The notes under the pieces: model-generated | Seen by the model: only the letters and a program-made list of their open reading frames with translations | Told to the model about the DNA's origin: nothing | The model's database searches: none | NCBI RefSeq assembly: GCF_964204865.1 | Contig: NC_135260.1 | Location: 7,564,001 to 7,628,000, forward strand | Reading direction: 5' to 3' | Length of the DNA stretch: 64,000 bases | DNA from: Styela clava | Lineage: Eukaryota | Made by a program: the position numbers and the translations under genes | Shown: one piece after another, positions 37,040-49,567 of the stretch | Layout of the letters: the number at the start of each line of letters is the position of its first letter | Position numbering within the stretch: the first letter of the stretch is position 1

Positions 37040-37760
37040 GTCAGCGTCATTGTGGCACCAAATCCATTCATAATTTGTCCCATACCAAAAATTACCATGT
37101 TTCTTCTAGTAAATGATACACCGTCGTTGCCACTATAGTGCCAGTAGGTTGCTGCAGGGTTTGTTTCAAAATACTCTGAAGTAACATCATTGATGAATCC
37201 GAAAAATGAAGCACTGAAGCTATCCAGTAATAAAGTTGAACTAACGATGATTAAAATTCCCCATCTTTTGGGCGTGAGAATGTGAGGGTATTGGACAATA
37301 GTTGCTGGCTTTCGCTGCAAGACATTCTACAACTAGATACAAACTATATTTTATTGAAACTTGCAAGCAGTTCATTCAAAAACACTTCGTTAACGTTAGT
37401 CGACATAATGTACGACAATAGGCAATGAGTTGTTTCACCGTAATTCAGAAGAAATGGCATTTCCTGTATCAATTAATTGTTGCGAAAGCAAATGTTTCTA
37501 CTGATTATTGCTGTACAGCAAGAGTGGCCAACTTGTCTTCGACTGTTTGTAATATTTGATTGACATGTTGGCTACCCCTGTTGTGTAGCATAATTACTTA
37601 ATGGCCGGATGTCATAAACTTTTTTCAAACAAAATAGAGCTTGCTCTAAACGCGTATGTCATTGCGCAATAAATAAGGCGGACGAAGTTCAAAGGAATAA
37701 TAGCGCGCACAAGTAACTATAAACTGAAATATGTATATATAAAGATTATTCCCGGCCTTT
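37040..37760 (-). pseudogene. Inverted truncated MFS copy 2 including 5' UTR and upstream sequence
   Basis: ILTPKRWGILIIVSS..SASFFGFINDVTSEYFET..RRNMV.FGMGQIMNGFGATMTLT. It continues into an inverted copy of the region upstream of 34784 and shares the same 3' junction sequence as the 33805 fragment. Confidence 0.85.
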
Positions 37761-38278
37761 CACCGCAGGGAAAATTTTTCTAAACTTTGAGAAAATGGAA
37801 ATAATTTGGACCACTCATGGAAACATATTTTCATGCTTTTGTCATCTTTAATTATTCACAAACATGTTGTTACTTTAGCTCTACGATCCAGACAGTTGTT
37901 GGGTTTTCATCATTATTATCCATAATTTAACTTGTTTACAGCTACTTCAACTAATTGTACAATAGAGCAGGACGAGGTGAGAGTATGAAGTTTGGCCGGG
38001 ATTTCAGCTAACAATTACAGCGATTCTCGCTCATTGATGATAGTCTGATTTAATACGTCGCTAGTGTCGTTTAATATCGTGGTTTACTATCTAACTTGCT
38101 TTAGATTGTTGAGTATGTTATAAGTATTTGGTGAATTGTACTTATTTAACTTAGGGTGTGCATGGACTCCATGAAGCCTATTATTTTATATATATTATAC
38201 GGTTCAATTTATTCTGTTGTGTGGCATTATTGATCGTGAATCCGTGTTTGCTTAAGTCGGGTTCTTCCGTAATAACTA

Positions 38279-39447
38279 CACTGTAGCAACATTTACGATG
38301 ATGCAACCTGTAACGCTGTTCCGATTTACATTAAGCAACGACGGCTTTTATAAAAATTCGGAAGCGCAAATTGATGTGAATTGACTTGATGTATGATGAT
38401 GGTTTCCGACGCTCTGTCGTGTTAATGTTGTGCTAGAAGCCTGTGACTTTGTCAGCTTCCGTTACCAAATATTCTGGTAGTAGCAAATTCAGAAAAATCC
38501 GGAAGAATGAATTGATTGTGACTTGATGTATGATAACGGTTTCCTACGCTCTGTCATGTTTAGTTTTGCGGTAGAAGCCTGACTGACATTGTCAGCTTGC
38601 TCCCGATTCCATTTTTAAACATTCTAATGTTTGCAAATTCAGAATCATCCGGTAATTTTAACAAGGAAATAGCAGTTTAATTTAGTTCCCTGTTTTTGCG
38701 ACGCCGTAAAATATACTGGGAATTTCTTTTTGAGAATAAGTTTGCGTACCCCCCTGACAATGCCTGTGATTTTTATGACTGCTTTTTGAGAATAACTTTG
38801 CGTACCCCCCTGAAAATGCCTGTGATTTTTATGATTCCTTTTTGAGAATAAGTTTGCGTACCCCCCTGACAATGCCTGTGATTTTTATGACTGCTTTTTG
38901 AGAATAACTTTGCGTACCCCCCTGAAAATGCCTGTGATTTTTATGATTCCTTTTTGAGAATAAGTTTGCGTACCCCCCTGACAATGCCTGTGATTTTTAT
39001 GACTGCTTTTTGAGAATGAGTTTGCGTACCCCCCTGACAATGCCTGTGATTTTTATGACTGCTTTTTGAGAATAACTTTGCGTACCCCCCTGATAATGCC
39101 TGTTGCTTTTGTTTACCTGCCATACACGCTTGGGAGGTACTTAGGGATTACACGGAATTCCAAGTTGCATATACAGGGAAATTCTATCACGCATTTTACA
39201 GGGACATCCGTGTCAGGTATACATGTAAGTTGTGCATTTTCTACAGGGAAAAACAGGTCGGTTTCACTTGGAATTGAGGTGAAATCGACTTGGAAAGTCG
39301 GATAAATATCACTGGTAATTCCCGATAATTTGGGTTGTGAAAACGGGATTGTCCTGTCATTTTTAAAAGGAAATTTGAGTAATTTTGAGCGGAAAATCCC
39401 GTAAAAATTGCTGCCATGGAATTCCATGTAAAATTTTTTTTACAGTG
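38279..39447. mobile_element. Non-autonomous CMC/EnSpm-like element (CACTG termini, TA flanks)
   Basis: TA|CACTGTAGCAACATTTAC ... GTAAAATTTTTTTTACAGTG|TA; carries internal tandem repeats. Confidence 0.55.
38727..39103. repeat. 56-bp tandem repeat, about 6.7 copies, with alternating A/B variants
   Basis: Unit TTTTTGAGAATAA(G/C)TTTGCGTACCCCCCTGA(C/A)AATGCCTGTGATTTTTATGA(C/T)T(G/C)C. Confidence 0.95.
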
Positions 39448-40749
39448 TACGTACTTTAAATAAGTGCAACACATCTAAATCAATCAATTGGTACTTTAAT
39501 CCAGACGGGTACACTGGTTCTTTCAATGCAAAATATTTCAAACTAAATTTGGGTAAACTTGTTAGGTTATTAAAAAATCGATGAGATATGCTTCGAATCT
39601 GAGAGTCCTCTGTCCAGGTTTTATCATTTTTCGTTCAATTCAAAATATAAATTCAAAGTGGTTATATTGATATTAATTCATAGTTTAATAAAATCAGTCT
39701 ATTGGATTTTGCTGTATACAATATCAAAATGGATTCGGGTGTTTGGTTGCAATTCTACAATAGCTTATAAAATATTAAAGAATTTACAAAACTTCCAAGT
39801 TGATTTTACTTTATCCTCCAAAAAACATATCGTCACGCTAATAACCGAATTGCGTAAGTCATTTTTGACGATTTTGAGTTTTTAATAAAATAGGTATTTA
39901 TGTAATGCTGCGCACCTGTCTGTTAACTCAGATTTTATTTTAGGAATTCCGAAACCCATAAAAATGGAGATTTAGTATGACATGCACATTTGTGCGATTG
40001 TTTCGTCATAATGAATTATCCTTGTTACCGCAGTACTATTGTGACGTCACAAAGGCAAAATAACCTCGGCGAAGTATTTTCGAGTTTTTGCATCTCGGAT
40101 TCTAGCTTAGCGCGTATTAATTTGAATTTTTACTACAGTATAGGAAGACGTACACTTGTGATATTCACTGTCCGAGTCAAATTTACCTTGGTTGGCTTTT
40201 ATATTGGGTGCATTGCTGTTTTATTCTTTATATTTTATCTTAGTCCTATTTCGGTGGGTGTGCAGAACGTGTTATATTGATGAAATATATATTTTTAAAC
40301 ATAAAAAATGATTTAATTGAAACTGATTAGCTATTTTGGGGATTAGACATTGTAGATACTGAGAATTACATTCGTTTTTGGAATGTTTAGTTTTCAGGAC
40401 TGGTGCATATAGTGAAGTTGCAAATTGCGTATGTCACCAAGTCATAGACACATTTCTGCCTAAGTCACAGTGCGCCATTATGATGTCACTTAACTGCGTC
40501 ATACAAATTAACTTAAATCCGGCTACGATCAAAAAATTGAACCATGGCAAATTATTGACTCTCAATTGCATAACAAAATCATTAGGAAGTTTTTTACGTT
40601 TTTCTCAAAACTGCTAAAAATGACTTACGCAATTCGGTTATTAGCGTGACGATATGCAACAGCAAATATGATCAAAAACAATCCACAAATATATGGACAC
40701 ATAGGTCAAATAGACTATCACACGATGAAATTATCTAATTACTTTAATT

Positions 40750-41310
40750 CAGGGGTCGGCAAACTGCGGCCCGCGAACTAATATTTTGCGGCCCTCAAAC
40801 AACCCGACTTTAAATGCATACAAATCATATATTGATCCTACATTCATTATTGACTCCACACGAATTTATGTGGTAACAAGTGCTGATATACGGCGTTTGT
40901 TTTGTAGTAAGTAGCATCAGTTGTGTGTGGTTTACTTGATGAACGTCCATTTATAAGTTCAGTTTATTTTGATTTTTGAAAAATGTCTGGTAAACGGAGC
41001 AAAGATTCCGACGACGGTTGTACATGATTTTCTACATTTTTCTTTCCTGCGCATTTTAAAATCCGTTTGCATGATATGCCAAGTCAGCATCGCAGTTATT
41101 AAGTGACAGTGCAAAACTGGTGTAAGACACTGTAAGTACGCGTTCGAAAGCACATATTGCTGTGAGCAGCCTTATCTGAAATGCACTAAACTAAGAATAA
41201 ACTTCGTACTAATTTGCGAGCGAATATCTCACTGAATAAATTTATCACCTAATCCGAATATTTACCCTCGTCTGTATGTATATACAATATACATCAGTTG
41301 AAAATCCCTG
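40750..41310. mobile_element. Degraded hAT (Charlie-like) MITE
   Basis: CAGGGGTCGGCAAACTGCGGCCCGCG ... TTGAAAATCCCTG; degenerate TSD. Confidence 0.6.
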
Positions 41311-42228
41311 ATTTATTTTTATATATTGCGTTAATTCAAGATACTTTTTTATCGTAGTTTTTACCTATAGTTGAACAGCGGTTTCTCTGTTGTGTGTAAT
41401 CATATCACCGATTTGAAATTTGATATATATATATCACTAATCAAAAATTTTGTCGTTACCCGTATACAGTTTAACGTACGGAGAGACGTGTATATTGCTC
41501 GTTTCCGGGAGACCGGAAAAAAGTTTATGACTTATTATATTGGATTTTAATGATACAGAGTGAACCTGTGGATAGCCCGTTTTTTGAATGTTGTGATACT
41601 TGCCAAACCCGTGCTTGTTTATAGACGTTAAAAGACGCAGGAAATGGGATACGTGAATTTGACGTCATATTTTGCGTTTTGAAAGTTATGTAAAAGATTT
41701 ATGTAAAGCATGTCATATTATTGTGACATAAAATACCTAGTGACCCACCTAGTGACATAAAATAAATTACCTAAATTGAGGGAACCTGATGTTGGTGAGT
41801 CCGATACAAAAGAGAACCCGTTTGAAACTTTCAAATCCCATCACTGCATGTAGTCAATCTGTGATAGATTTTGTATCCCTATATTTATGCATTGCTGTTT
41901 TGTTTGATTTTAGTTTTTAAAACTATCATCAAAATTGAATGATCTTTGGATGAATACTAGAGAAATTATTCAATTCTCTGGGCAAATCCTTTAAACTACC
42001 CGAGGATTCTATAAAGTCCCTGACCTCTCAATTAATAAAATTAAATGCACAAAGATTAATCTCAATGAATGCTTTTATTCAACATAAGTTCTCTATTCGT
42101 ACTGTAAAAAATAACTTGAAGTCATAAAATATCTGCAAAAATTCTATATGTGCAACTTTTTAAAATAGAAATATCTTGAAAAAATCGTAGAACCATAGTG
42201 CAACAAATAATGCATATGAATGAATGAA

Positions 42229-43611
42229 TCAATTGGAATCTTCGTCATTATTTTTTCCCGGTATTTTGTAAAAAAATATGTACAATACCCCGGCTATAAC
42301 GTGAAAAGGTATTGGTATCAAAACGCTGAGGCCCGCGCCACCGTTTTGCAAAACATACCGGACAAAAGCTGTGTAAAGCGCTAAAGAAAACCATGGAACA
42401 GAGCCAGAAATGCTGAATGCACGAACCTTTGTGTCTGCTGGCTCGTTATACATCGTTTCAATCAAGGAATGAGATATGCAAACAAAACAAAAATCTCTGA
42501 AAAATGCTGTTCCCACATCACTTATAAAAACCAGCACAAAACTTTGTAGGTAAACACCAAGTGAAAACAAGCCGCACCAAATAATAACAGCGCATTGACC
42601 AAACACAAGAGTGACTTTAGGTCTCCTAAATTTATCAAGTACAAATCCACCCGTGGGTGATCCAAATGCACCTATAACGTAAGATACAATAAATACAATG
42701 CCTGCAGTGCTGTCATCGAGTTCTGGGAAAGCGTCTAAAATTATGGATGAAAGCATCCACTCATTCATTGGTCTAACTGAAAGCTGCAAAACGTACATGA
42801 ACAATAAAAGAACATACTGGCCATTGGCGAATAAACTCAAAATTCCTCTAAGCTCCGTAAGTGGTCTCCATCCGTAGGTATTTGTTCCTGGAGACGCTTT
42901 TTTCCCATCTGCGCGAGGCGGGTAGTCTGTAACATACATTTGTGATAATACAAATGCGACAAGCGCTATTCCAGTAAGCGCTATGTACGAGATCTGAAAA
43001 GATGTTCTAAAATTTTTCAATAATTCATCGCTCTCAAAATACGCGGATGTTGCGTTAGCACTACCAACGTTAGCATAACCTTGTCGTATGGTCCGCGTTG
43101 CAACAATGTTGGATGCCACGGGAGATAATCGGCGTAATATCCACGGTAGTGCCACAGCTCTTCCACGCTCATTTTCGGGAAACCAGTTGCTGGGAGCCAT
43201 TTGAGATAAGGTCAACGTCATTGTGGCACCAAATCCATTCATTATTTGTCCCATGCCAACAATCACCATGTTTCTTCTAGAAGATACACCGGCTGTAATA
43301 AGCAAATCACCGGCGACTATAGTACCGGTTGTAGCAAGTGCGAGTGATCGAAAATTTAACTGCTCTCCGCCCATTGCTAGAACAAAGCCGAAAACACTTC
43401 TTGCTATCATATTTATAGTTGACAAAACGTCCGTCGCTGCTGGGGTTGTTTCAAAATACTCCGAAGCAATATCGTTGATGAATCCGAAAAATGAAGCACT
43501 GAAGGTATCCAGAAATAAAATCGAACTTACGATCATTAAAATTCCCCATCTTTTGGGCGTGAGAATGTACGGGGTATTAGTCAGCAGTTGCTGGCTTTCG
43601 CTTCTAGACAT
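42229..43611 (-). CDS. Intronless MFS transporter, FLVCR/SLC49-like paralog, 460 aa
   Basis: Colinear, same-length paralog of 34784-36166 in convergent orientation. Confidence 0.88.
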   Translation of the reverse strand: MSRSESQQLLTNTPYILTPKRWGILMIVSSILFLDTFSASFFGFINDIASEYFETTPAATDVLSTINMIARSVFGFVLAMGGEQLNFRSLALATTGTIVAGDLLITAGVSSRRNMVIVGMGQIMNGFGATMTLTLSQMAPSNWFPENERGRAVALPWILRRLSPVASNIVATRTIRQGYANVGSANATSAYFESDELLKNFRTSFQISYIALTGIALVAFVLSQMYVTDYPPRADGKKASPGTNTYGWRPLTELRGILSLFANGQYVLLLFMYVLQLSVRPMNEWMLSSIILDAFPELDDSTAGIVFIVSYVIGAFGSPTGGFVLDKFRRPKVTLVFGQCAVIIWCGLFSLGVYLQSFVLVFISDVGTAFFRDFCFVCISHSLIETMYNEPADTKVRAFSISGSVPWFSLALYTAFVRYVLQNGGAGLSVLIPIPFHVIAGVLYIFFYKIPGKNNDEDSN

Positions 43612-44180
43612 TCTACAACTTGACACAAACTAAATATCTTTCAAAATTTTAAGCAGTTGCTTCTTCCACGGCCACAGTTTGTTTGAAGTCAGTCAGACAT
43701 ATAACACCACAAGAAGCAGATCAATCGTCATGCTTATTTCCGTCTTCGTACCTGAGCAACAGGCAGTTTCCTGCTTCGATAGCAATTAAAATGCGAGCAT
43801 ACACTTCCAGTGAGTAACGTTGTTTCACTTTTTCACGGGGTTCCCAGGCTGTATGAAGTTTTGTTGTGAGACGACCTCGTCTGTAATTCTGTTTTATTTT
43901 GTATGTCCATTCTCATTAATACCACTTGAGTTGCCATTGAGCAACTTCCTTTTTAGCTGGTTTGTCAGACTGCCGGCAGTGTGGAAGTTCCTGTGTGATT
44001 TGCGTATCTCTATTGTATTTAGTACTGTATTTTTATTGTTTATTGTGTTTTTCATTTGAATATTTGGTTGTATTAAGTTCTTACATGTGTATAATTAATA
44101 TATGTAAATTAAGTTAGTTATTCTGCTGCAGTTGAAACCGCAACCGCTACCAATACTGGTACGCCACATTTACGGAAAAT

Positions 44181-47100
44181 TGGCGACACGCCAGGATATA
44201 TTATTCGACACAGGGATTATCAAGACTAAGTCGAATGAATAGGTAGGCTGGTCTGTGACGGATATTATTTGGACAATATCGGATATTAAGATTGTCGAAA
44301 TTTTTTTTTCAAATTGCGGTTGCCTGATATTTCGGAATACGAAAGAGAATACGAAATTAGACTCGTCAGTTTATCATATTAACGACACACTGCGAGATAT
44401 TTCTGGCATGATGAAATCTGGTGAAGTTTATGATCCTGATGAAACCAAGCCCATGTGTCAGCCTGATTACTTCAACACTAGCAATGGTTGTCCTTGAAGC
44501 ACTGCCTGTTCTGATGATTTGAAATATCCGATTTTAGATCTGAAGATGGACAGTCAGAAGGAAAGCCTAACGCACTCTCGCAGACAATAGAAGTAAAATT
44601 TTCGGAGGAAGGTGATGTGAGTTCCCTTTCTTAGTTATAATGGTAAAATTAGATATTGATTTCAGTGGCTACACAATCTGTTCCCTCAGTGAGTGCTAAC
44701 AGTGCCCCAAAGGACAATGTTAGCAGCAGTGTTCTCAATAACACAGCCAATGCTACGATGATGTCAAGAAAGTCAATGTATTTCGATGGGTCAACAACTG
44801 TCATGACATGACCACAGTATTTGTGCCATTTTGAATTGGTTATCAGGTATAATCAGTGGAATGATGGCACTGCAGGATTGGCTACTTCTATGACAGGGCA
44901 GACTCTCAATGTGTTGAAAGATTTACCAGATTTGAAGCGTACTATGCTTGGATATTGAGGCTCATTTTGATCATTTCTTTAAATCTGCCGGAAATGAGAG
45001 CTCATATCGTACTCCATTCACTGTCGTAGGATTAAGCCAAATGGCGCGCCACGGAATGACGGTAACAGTTTTTAAAGAGATTGTTATTCGGCGCTCTGGA
45101 AATATTTTTACCAAGGTAACGCACAACCTAAACAACCCTAACCTGGTAAACATACTATGTTCAGGTTGTGCGCCAGCTTGGTACGAATACTTCGAGAGCA
45201 TCTGTCACTCTTGCTTACTCAAATCTTGAAGATGAAGATGATTTTGTGAAAGGGGTTCACGAGCAGATTTCCAGGGGTACTTGGATGGCAGTCGAGTTTT
45301 CGTGTGTTGCTTTTTTAACATCCTTTAACAAACAAAAAACTTCTATCAGATGAAAATGCTCAGCGTAGATTTTTCCTGATCTTGCGTTGTTGTGGTTGTG
45401 ACGCAACAATATGAAATGCACGACTCTTGGTGTCTAATTACTGGGGGTTCGCGTTGATTTTTTTGTGACTCGGGGGGGGTACTTAACAGAAAAAAGGGTG
45501 AGAACCCCTGACTTAACCGATGAAAGCATGATTAAACATGTTACCATGCAACAGTGATACTTTTGGAGGAGCTTTCTCTCTTGCGACACTGTATTACTCT
45601 TTTGATACTAATCAATCTGAAAGAAAAGATATGTCTAAACCGCGCATTGCAGCAGTGCAACAGAGTAAAACCGGCAATATAGCTAATCTAGGGTTGCCAT
45701 ACGCCATATTTTTCTAAAGGTGTCAGTTGTGTCCCTGGAATATTGCGGCGATCAAAGAATGAAAAACGCACAACTGTGTTAGTGATATTCGGAGTTTTCT
45801 TGGTACAGCAAACTACTACCGAAAGTTTATCGAAGATTATCCAATGATTGCTGGACCTCTTATTCGATTACCCAGGAAGAATATTCCCTTTGTTTAAGGT
45901 AATGGATGACAAAAGGCTTTTGAAACATTGTCTGACATTAACCCCAATCCTTAGTTTTCCTAGACTAGATAGAACAATCGGCGAGTTTGTATTAGTTACT
46001 GATGACAGGGGTTTTGGAATTGGTGCGGTGTTATCCCAAGTGCATGCGCGTGTGTGTACTTGCGTATGTCAGTAAAATTTTGTCCAAGTCTCAGCGTAGA
46101 TACTGTTCTACACACCGCGAACTATTAGCCGTGGTGTGGACTGTTCGTCAATCAAGCCATTTTCTTCTCGGAGGACCTTTATGAATCCGCACAGCTCATG
46201 CTGCTCTCAAATGGTTGATCAATTTTCGTGAACCACAAGGAACGTTAACAGGATTGACGTTAATTTCACTGGGCGCTTATGACTTTAATATTGAACAGAG
46301 ACCTGGGGTGAAACATGGCAATGCTGATGGATGGTCACGCCAAATTCGCAAATGCAAACGATAAGATTGTTCAAATTTCGGTAACAATAGAAAAGTAACT
46401 CTGAGTAAACTCATTGTAAGTGCAATCTCAAAACAGGTGGTCATTTATCTTCAGATTGTAATTTGATAGATACATACACAGATGAGCAAATTAAATCTTG
46501 GCAAAGTGAAGATCCTGATATTTCTGCTGCTGTTTTGAAATGGGTACAAATTTCAGCTCACAAACCTGACGTTCAAGAATGCCTGAATAAACAGTGACCA
46601 AACGTTTAATTCCGAAATGGGATTCAAGTTTTGTAGACAATGGACTTCTTTATCGCCATTGGATTCCTGATTGTAACTAGAACTTCTTTTCAGGATTTAG
46701 GATACCAAGAATTCTTCATTCATATCAGAGAAGAGACTTTAAATTCGAATTATTTTCTGAGTGGTGTGCCATTTGTACGACATTCAAAAGGCTCGAACAA
46801 GTAGATATCATCCCCGTTCGGATGGACACGTTGAACGTTTTAACATGACAATACAGCAAATGTTGAAAGCTTTTGTAAAGGAGAATCAAAATGATTGGGA
46901 TGACCATCTTCCATATCTTTGCATGGCATATTGCTCCACTGTACATGATAGTATAGGATATTCACCGAACAAGTTAATGCTTGGACGAGAAATTGAGATG
47001 ACCGTTGATGTTATGTTTGGCAAATCAAGACCACCTACTCATCCTTGTTACACTGAGTTTGTCGAATGGTTTTCCTGTGCAACTGATAAAGCTTCCCTTC

Positions 47101-47324
47101 ATGCTAGGCAACATCTAAATGCTGCTGCAACTAGACAAAAGCGAAATTTTGATCTGACAATTTTGATTTGACAATTTACCTGATGTGGAAACTAATATGG
47201 AAATGATGAGCAGGTTGCTTATGATATCTTTGAGGCTTGAGAGGTAACAGTAAATGCGACCTCTGAAAATGGCCAACGTACTAGGCGAAGGCCTAGACCT
47301 AGATATTTGGATGATTACATTTGA
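44181..47324 (+). mobile_element. Degenerate Gypsy/Ty3 LTR retrotransposon internal region
   Basis: PBS-like TGGCGAC at 44181; gag remnant near 44780; RT/RNase H remnants (GIGAVLSQ, YCSTHRELLAVVW, HGNADG); integrase YHPRSDGHVERFN..W.DHLP..GYSPNKLMLGRE; terminal RPRYLDDY. Many frameshifts; LTRs not identified. Confidence 0.88.
45090..45202. mobile_element. Short MITE family A relative nested in Gypsy
   Basis: GCACAACCT..AACCCTAACCTGG..CAGGTTGTGCGCC..CTTGGT matches the 15448 and 30279 copies. Confidence 0.6.
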
Positions 47325-47945
47325 TATGACTGTGATAATGCTTTTATCAAGCTTTTAACAATTGATTTCTTTATTTGATTGTACATTTTTTTGTGTTTCT
47401 TTACAGATTCTTCAGAATATAGAATACTACTAGGATTTAATATAATATCCTTTTAAATTTGGCCAAACATTTCACTTGCCTTACTTCTCCAGAGCACGAG
47501 TTCTCCAGCTAGTGAAAAGGCCAAATTCATGATGTATATACATGGTATAATTCAAAACCCATCGCGCTAGTTTTGCTGATCCGAATATAAAAAAATGACT
47601 ATCGAAATTCTATCGGCGTGTTTGGTTCTTATACGGACGTGATTATCTTTCCAAGACGAACAGCCCGAATTCTTTCAATTAACACTATTTTGACATTTCT
47701 TTCGTCCTCATATCCTGCTGTTGGTTTACATCCGAAAGCTGGATTAATTGGTTCGAATGGATTATCAACAAAAATACAACGCTTCCCGTGCGAGTTTCCT
47801 GAATTTCAGTTTCCTTTTTAAAGTACCGATAGTCTGTCGACCAGATTAATGAAAATATTTCACAGAACCACGGTACGCAAATTTTATTTTTGATGAAGTA
47901 ACCGCACAAAACTTCGAAGTGAAAAACGGATCCCAATCTGATATA

Positions 47946-48155
47946 CAGGGTGTTAAAAAGTAACGTAAAACTAACAGAAGTTAAGATGAAATGCTACTTA
48001 AAACATTTAACGACTGACAACTTTTTAACAGCATTGAATTACGGTGAAAATGCCATTTGACCATTTCACGACTGACGCTGTTTAACAGTTAATTTTTCAA
48101 CGTTGCCACGAAGAGAAATTTTACCTTAATTTTGCGTAACTTTTTTAACACCCTG
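47946..48155. mobile_element. Tc1/mariner-type MITE, 210 bp
   Basis: TA|CAGGGTGTTAAAA..AACG ... CGTAACTTTTTTAACACCCTG|TA. Confidence 0.85.
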
Positions 48156-48654
48156 TATATACACTTCATAGTATGTAACAGGCTACAATATTCCGATAGC
48201 AGAATGAATATCAAACACAAGAGAAATATATTTTTTGCTGATAGAAAGTTGAGACACTCTTCACCTGCACAGAGTTATTTTCATGGTAGTGAAAGTTGAA
48301 CAAATATAATATTGCTATTGTGACTACTAATTATTGTATGACACTATCGTATGAGTTTATCTCCTTCACATTTCACTAAATTATATAGCTAGTACTGTCA
48401 CATGTGAGCACGACATGTTTGGCTGGTTATGTTTGCCTTATACAACAGTAATTGACATACTGGAATAAAGTTTTTTCAAATAGCTGTTCAAATTCTGACT
48501 TTTGCATGTGCATGTTTCTTTATTAATTTATTACACATGCATGGTTTATGTTTCACATTTGAGTGGTGAAGTTCCTTATGAGGGTTGTAGATAGTATATA
48601 TAATATATTTTATGCAATAATTATTGTAATTAGGCGAGAAGTAGAGCTATATTG

Positions 48655-49232
48655 GTTGGGATGACCATGTCAATGATATTCGTAACAAATTTCCCGTTCT
48701 GTAGGGATGTTGAGTAAACTTCGACATTATGTTGATATATCTACTCACAAAGCGGTAAATTTTTCACTCTTCCAATCCTATATTTAATACGCAATTGCAG
48801 CATGTGGAGGATCGGCATCGCGATCAATTTTGCATAGAATTAAACTACTTCAGAACAGAGGCGTTGAAATTCTTTATAGTTTTTCCGCTCGTTTAAATCT
48901 CAACATAATATATAACAAAACCATCATTCTAAAGCCTGAAGATCTTCACAAATTAGAGGTTTGTAAGCGCATGCACAGATATCACAATCATTGCCTACCT
49001 GCTGCATTTGGTGGCTTTTTTACCAGACAAAGTAACATCCATACATACAAAACAAGATAAGCATCAACACACTCTCTATTCACCTCGTTTGTCGCGTTCC
49101 AAAACTCAAAATTGCCTTAGATACAAAGGAGTAAAAATGTGGAATGATATACCAAGTGAATTAAAAAGCATGCCTCACTATCTTTTCAAAGACAAGTTTG
49201 AAAAACATTCAATATCACAATACATACTGTAG
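48655..49232 (+). mobile_element. 3' fragment of a CR1/L2-group LINE ORF2
   Basis: Frameshifted WDDHVNDI..GMLSKLRHYV..KLLQNR..HTYKTR..YKGVKMWNDIPSELK..FK, the typical LINE RT C-terminus. Confidence 0.8.
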
Positions 49233-49567
49233 GTAGCATGGAATGTTTGTGATCGATCAACATGGTCCCTAATCAATTTTTGATGATATTCATAGTTCAT
49301 ACTTCAACTGTGCAAATCCTATCCTACTCACTTGTACTAATGTTTCATATACAACTTCCAAGATAATGATGTAATGCCAGGTTCCATTATATTTGAACCC
49401 ACGACAATTGCATCTATGGAAATTTTTTGTTTTACGAATATTTGAACCCATACTAATCCTATTCCATGGGTTTCAGCACCCGCATATAGATGAACCCGCG
49501 AATATACACATGTGATGATCAATCAACGCAACATCTGGCTTGTCCAACAATGATTATAACCGCAGCA

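Noticed and set aside
38727-39103. Regular repeats superficially like a CRISPR array
   Set aside because: Units are head-to-tail with no unique spacers, there are no cas genes, and the context is eukaryotic.
43820-44180. Putative 5' LTR of the Gypsy remnant
   Set aside because: No matching 3' LTR could be found downstream of the integrase.
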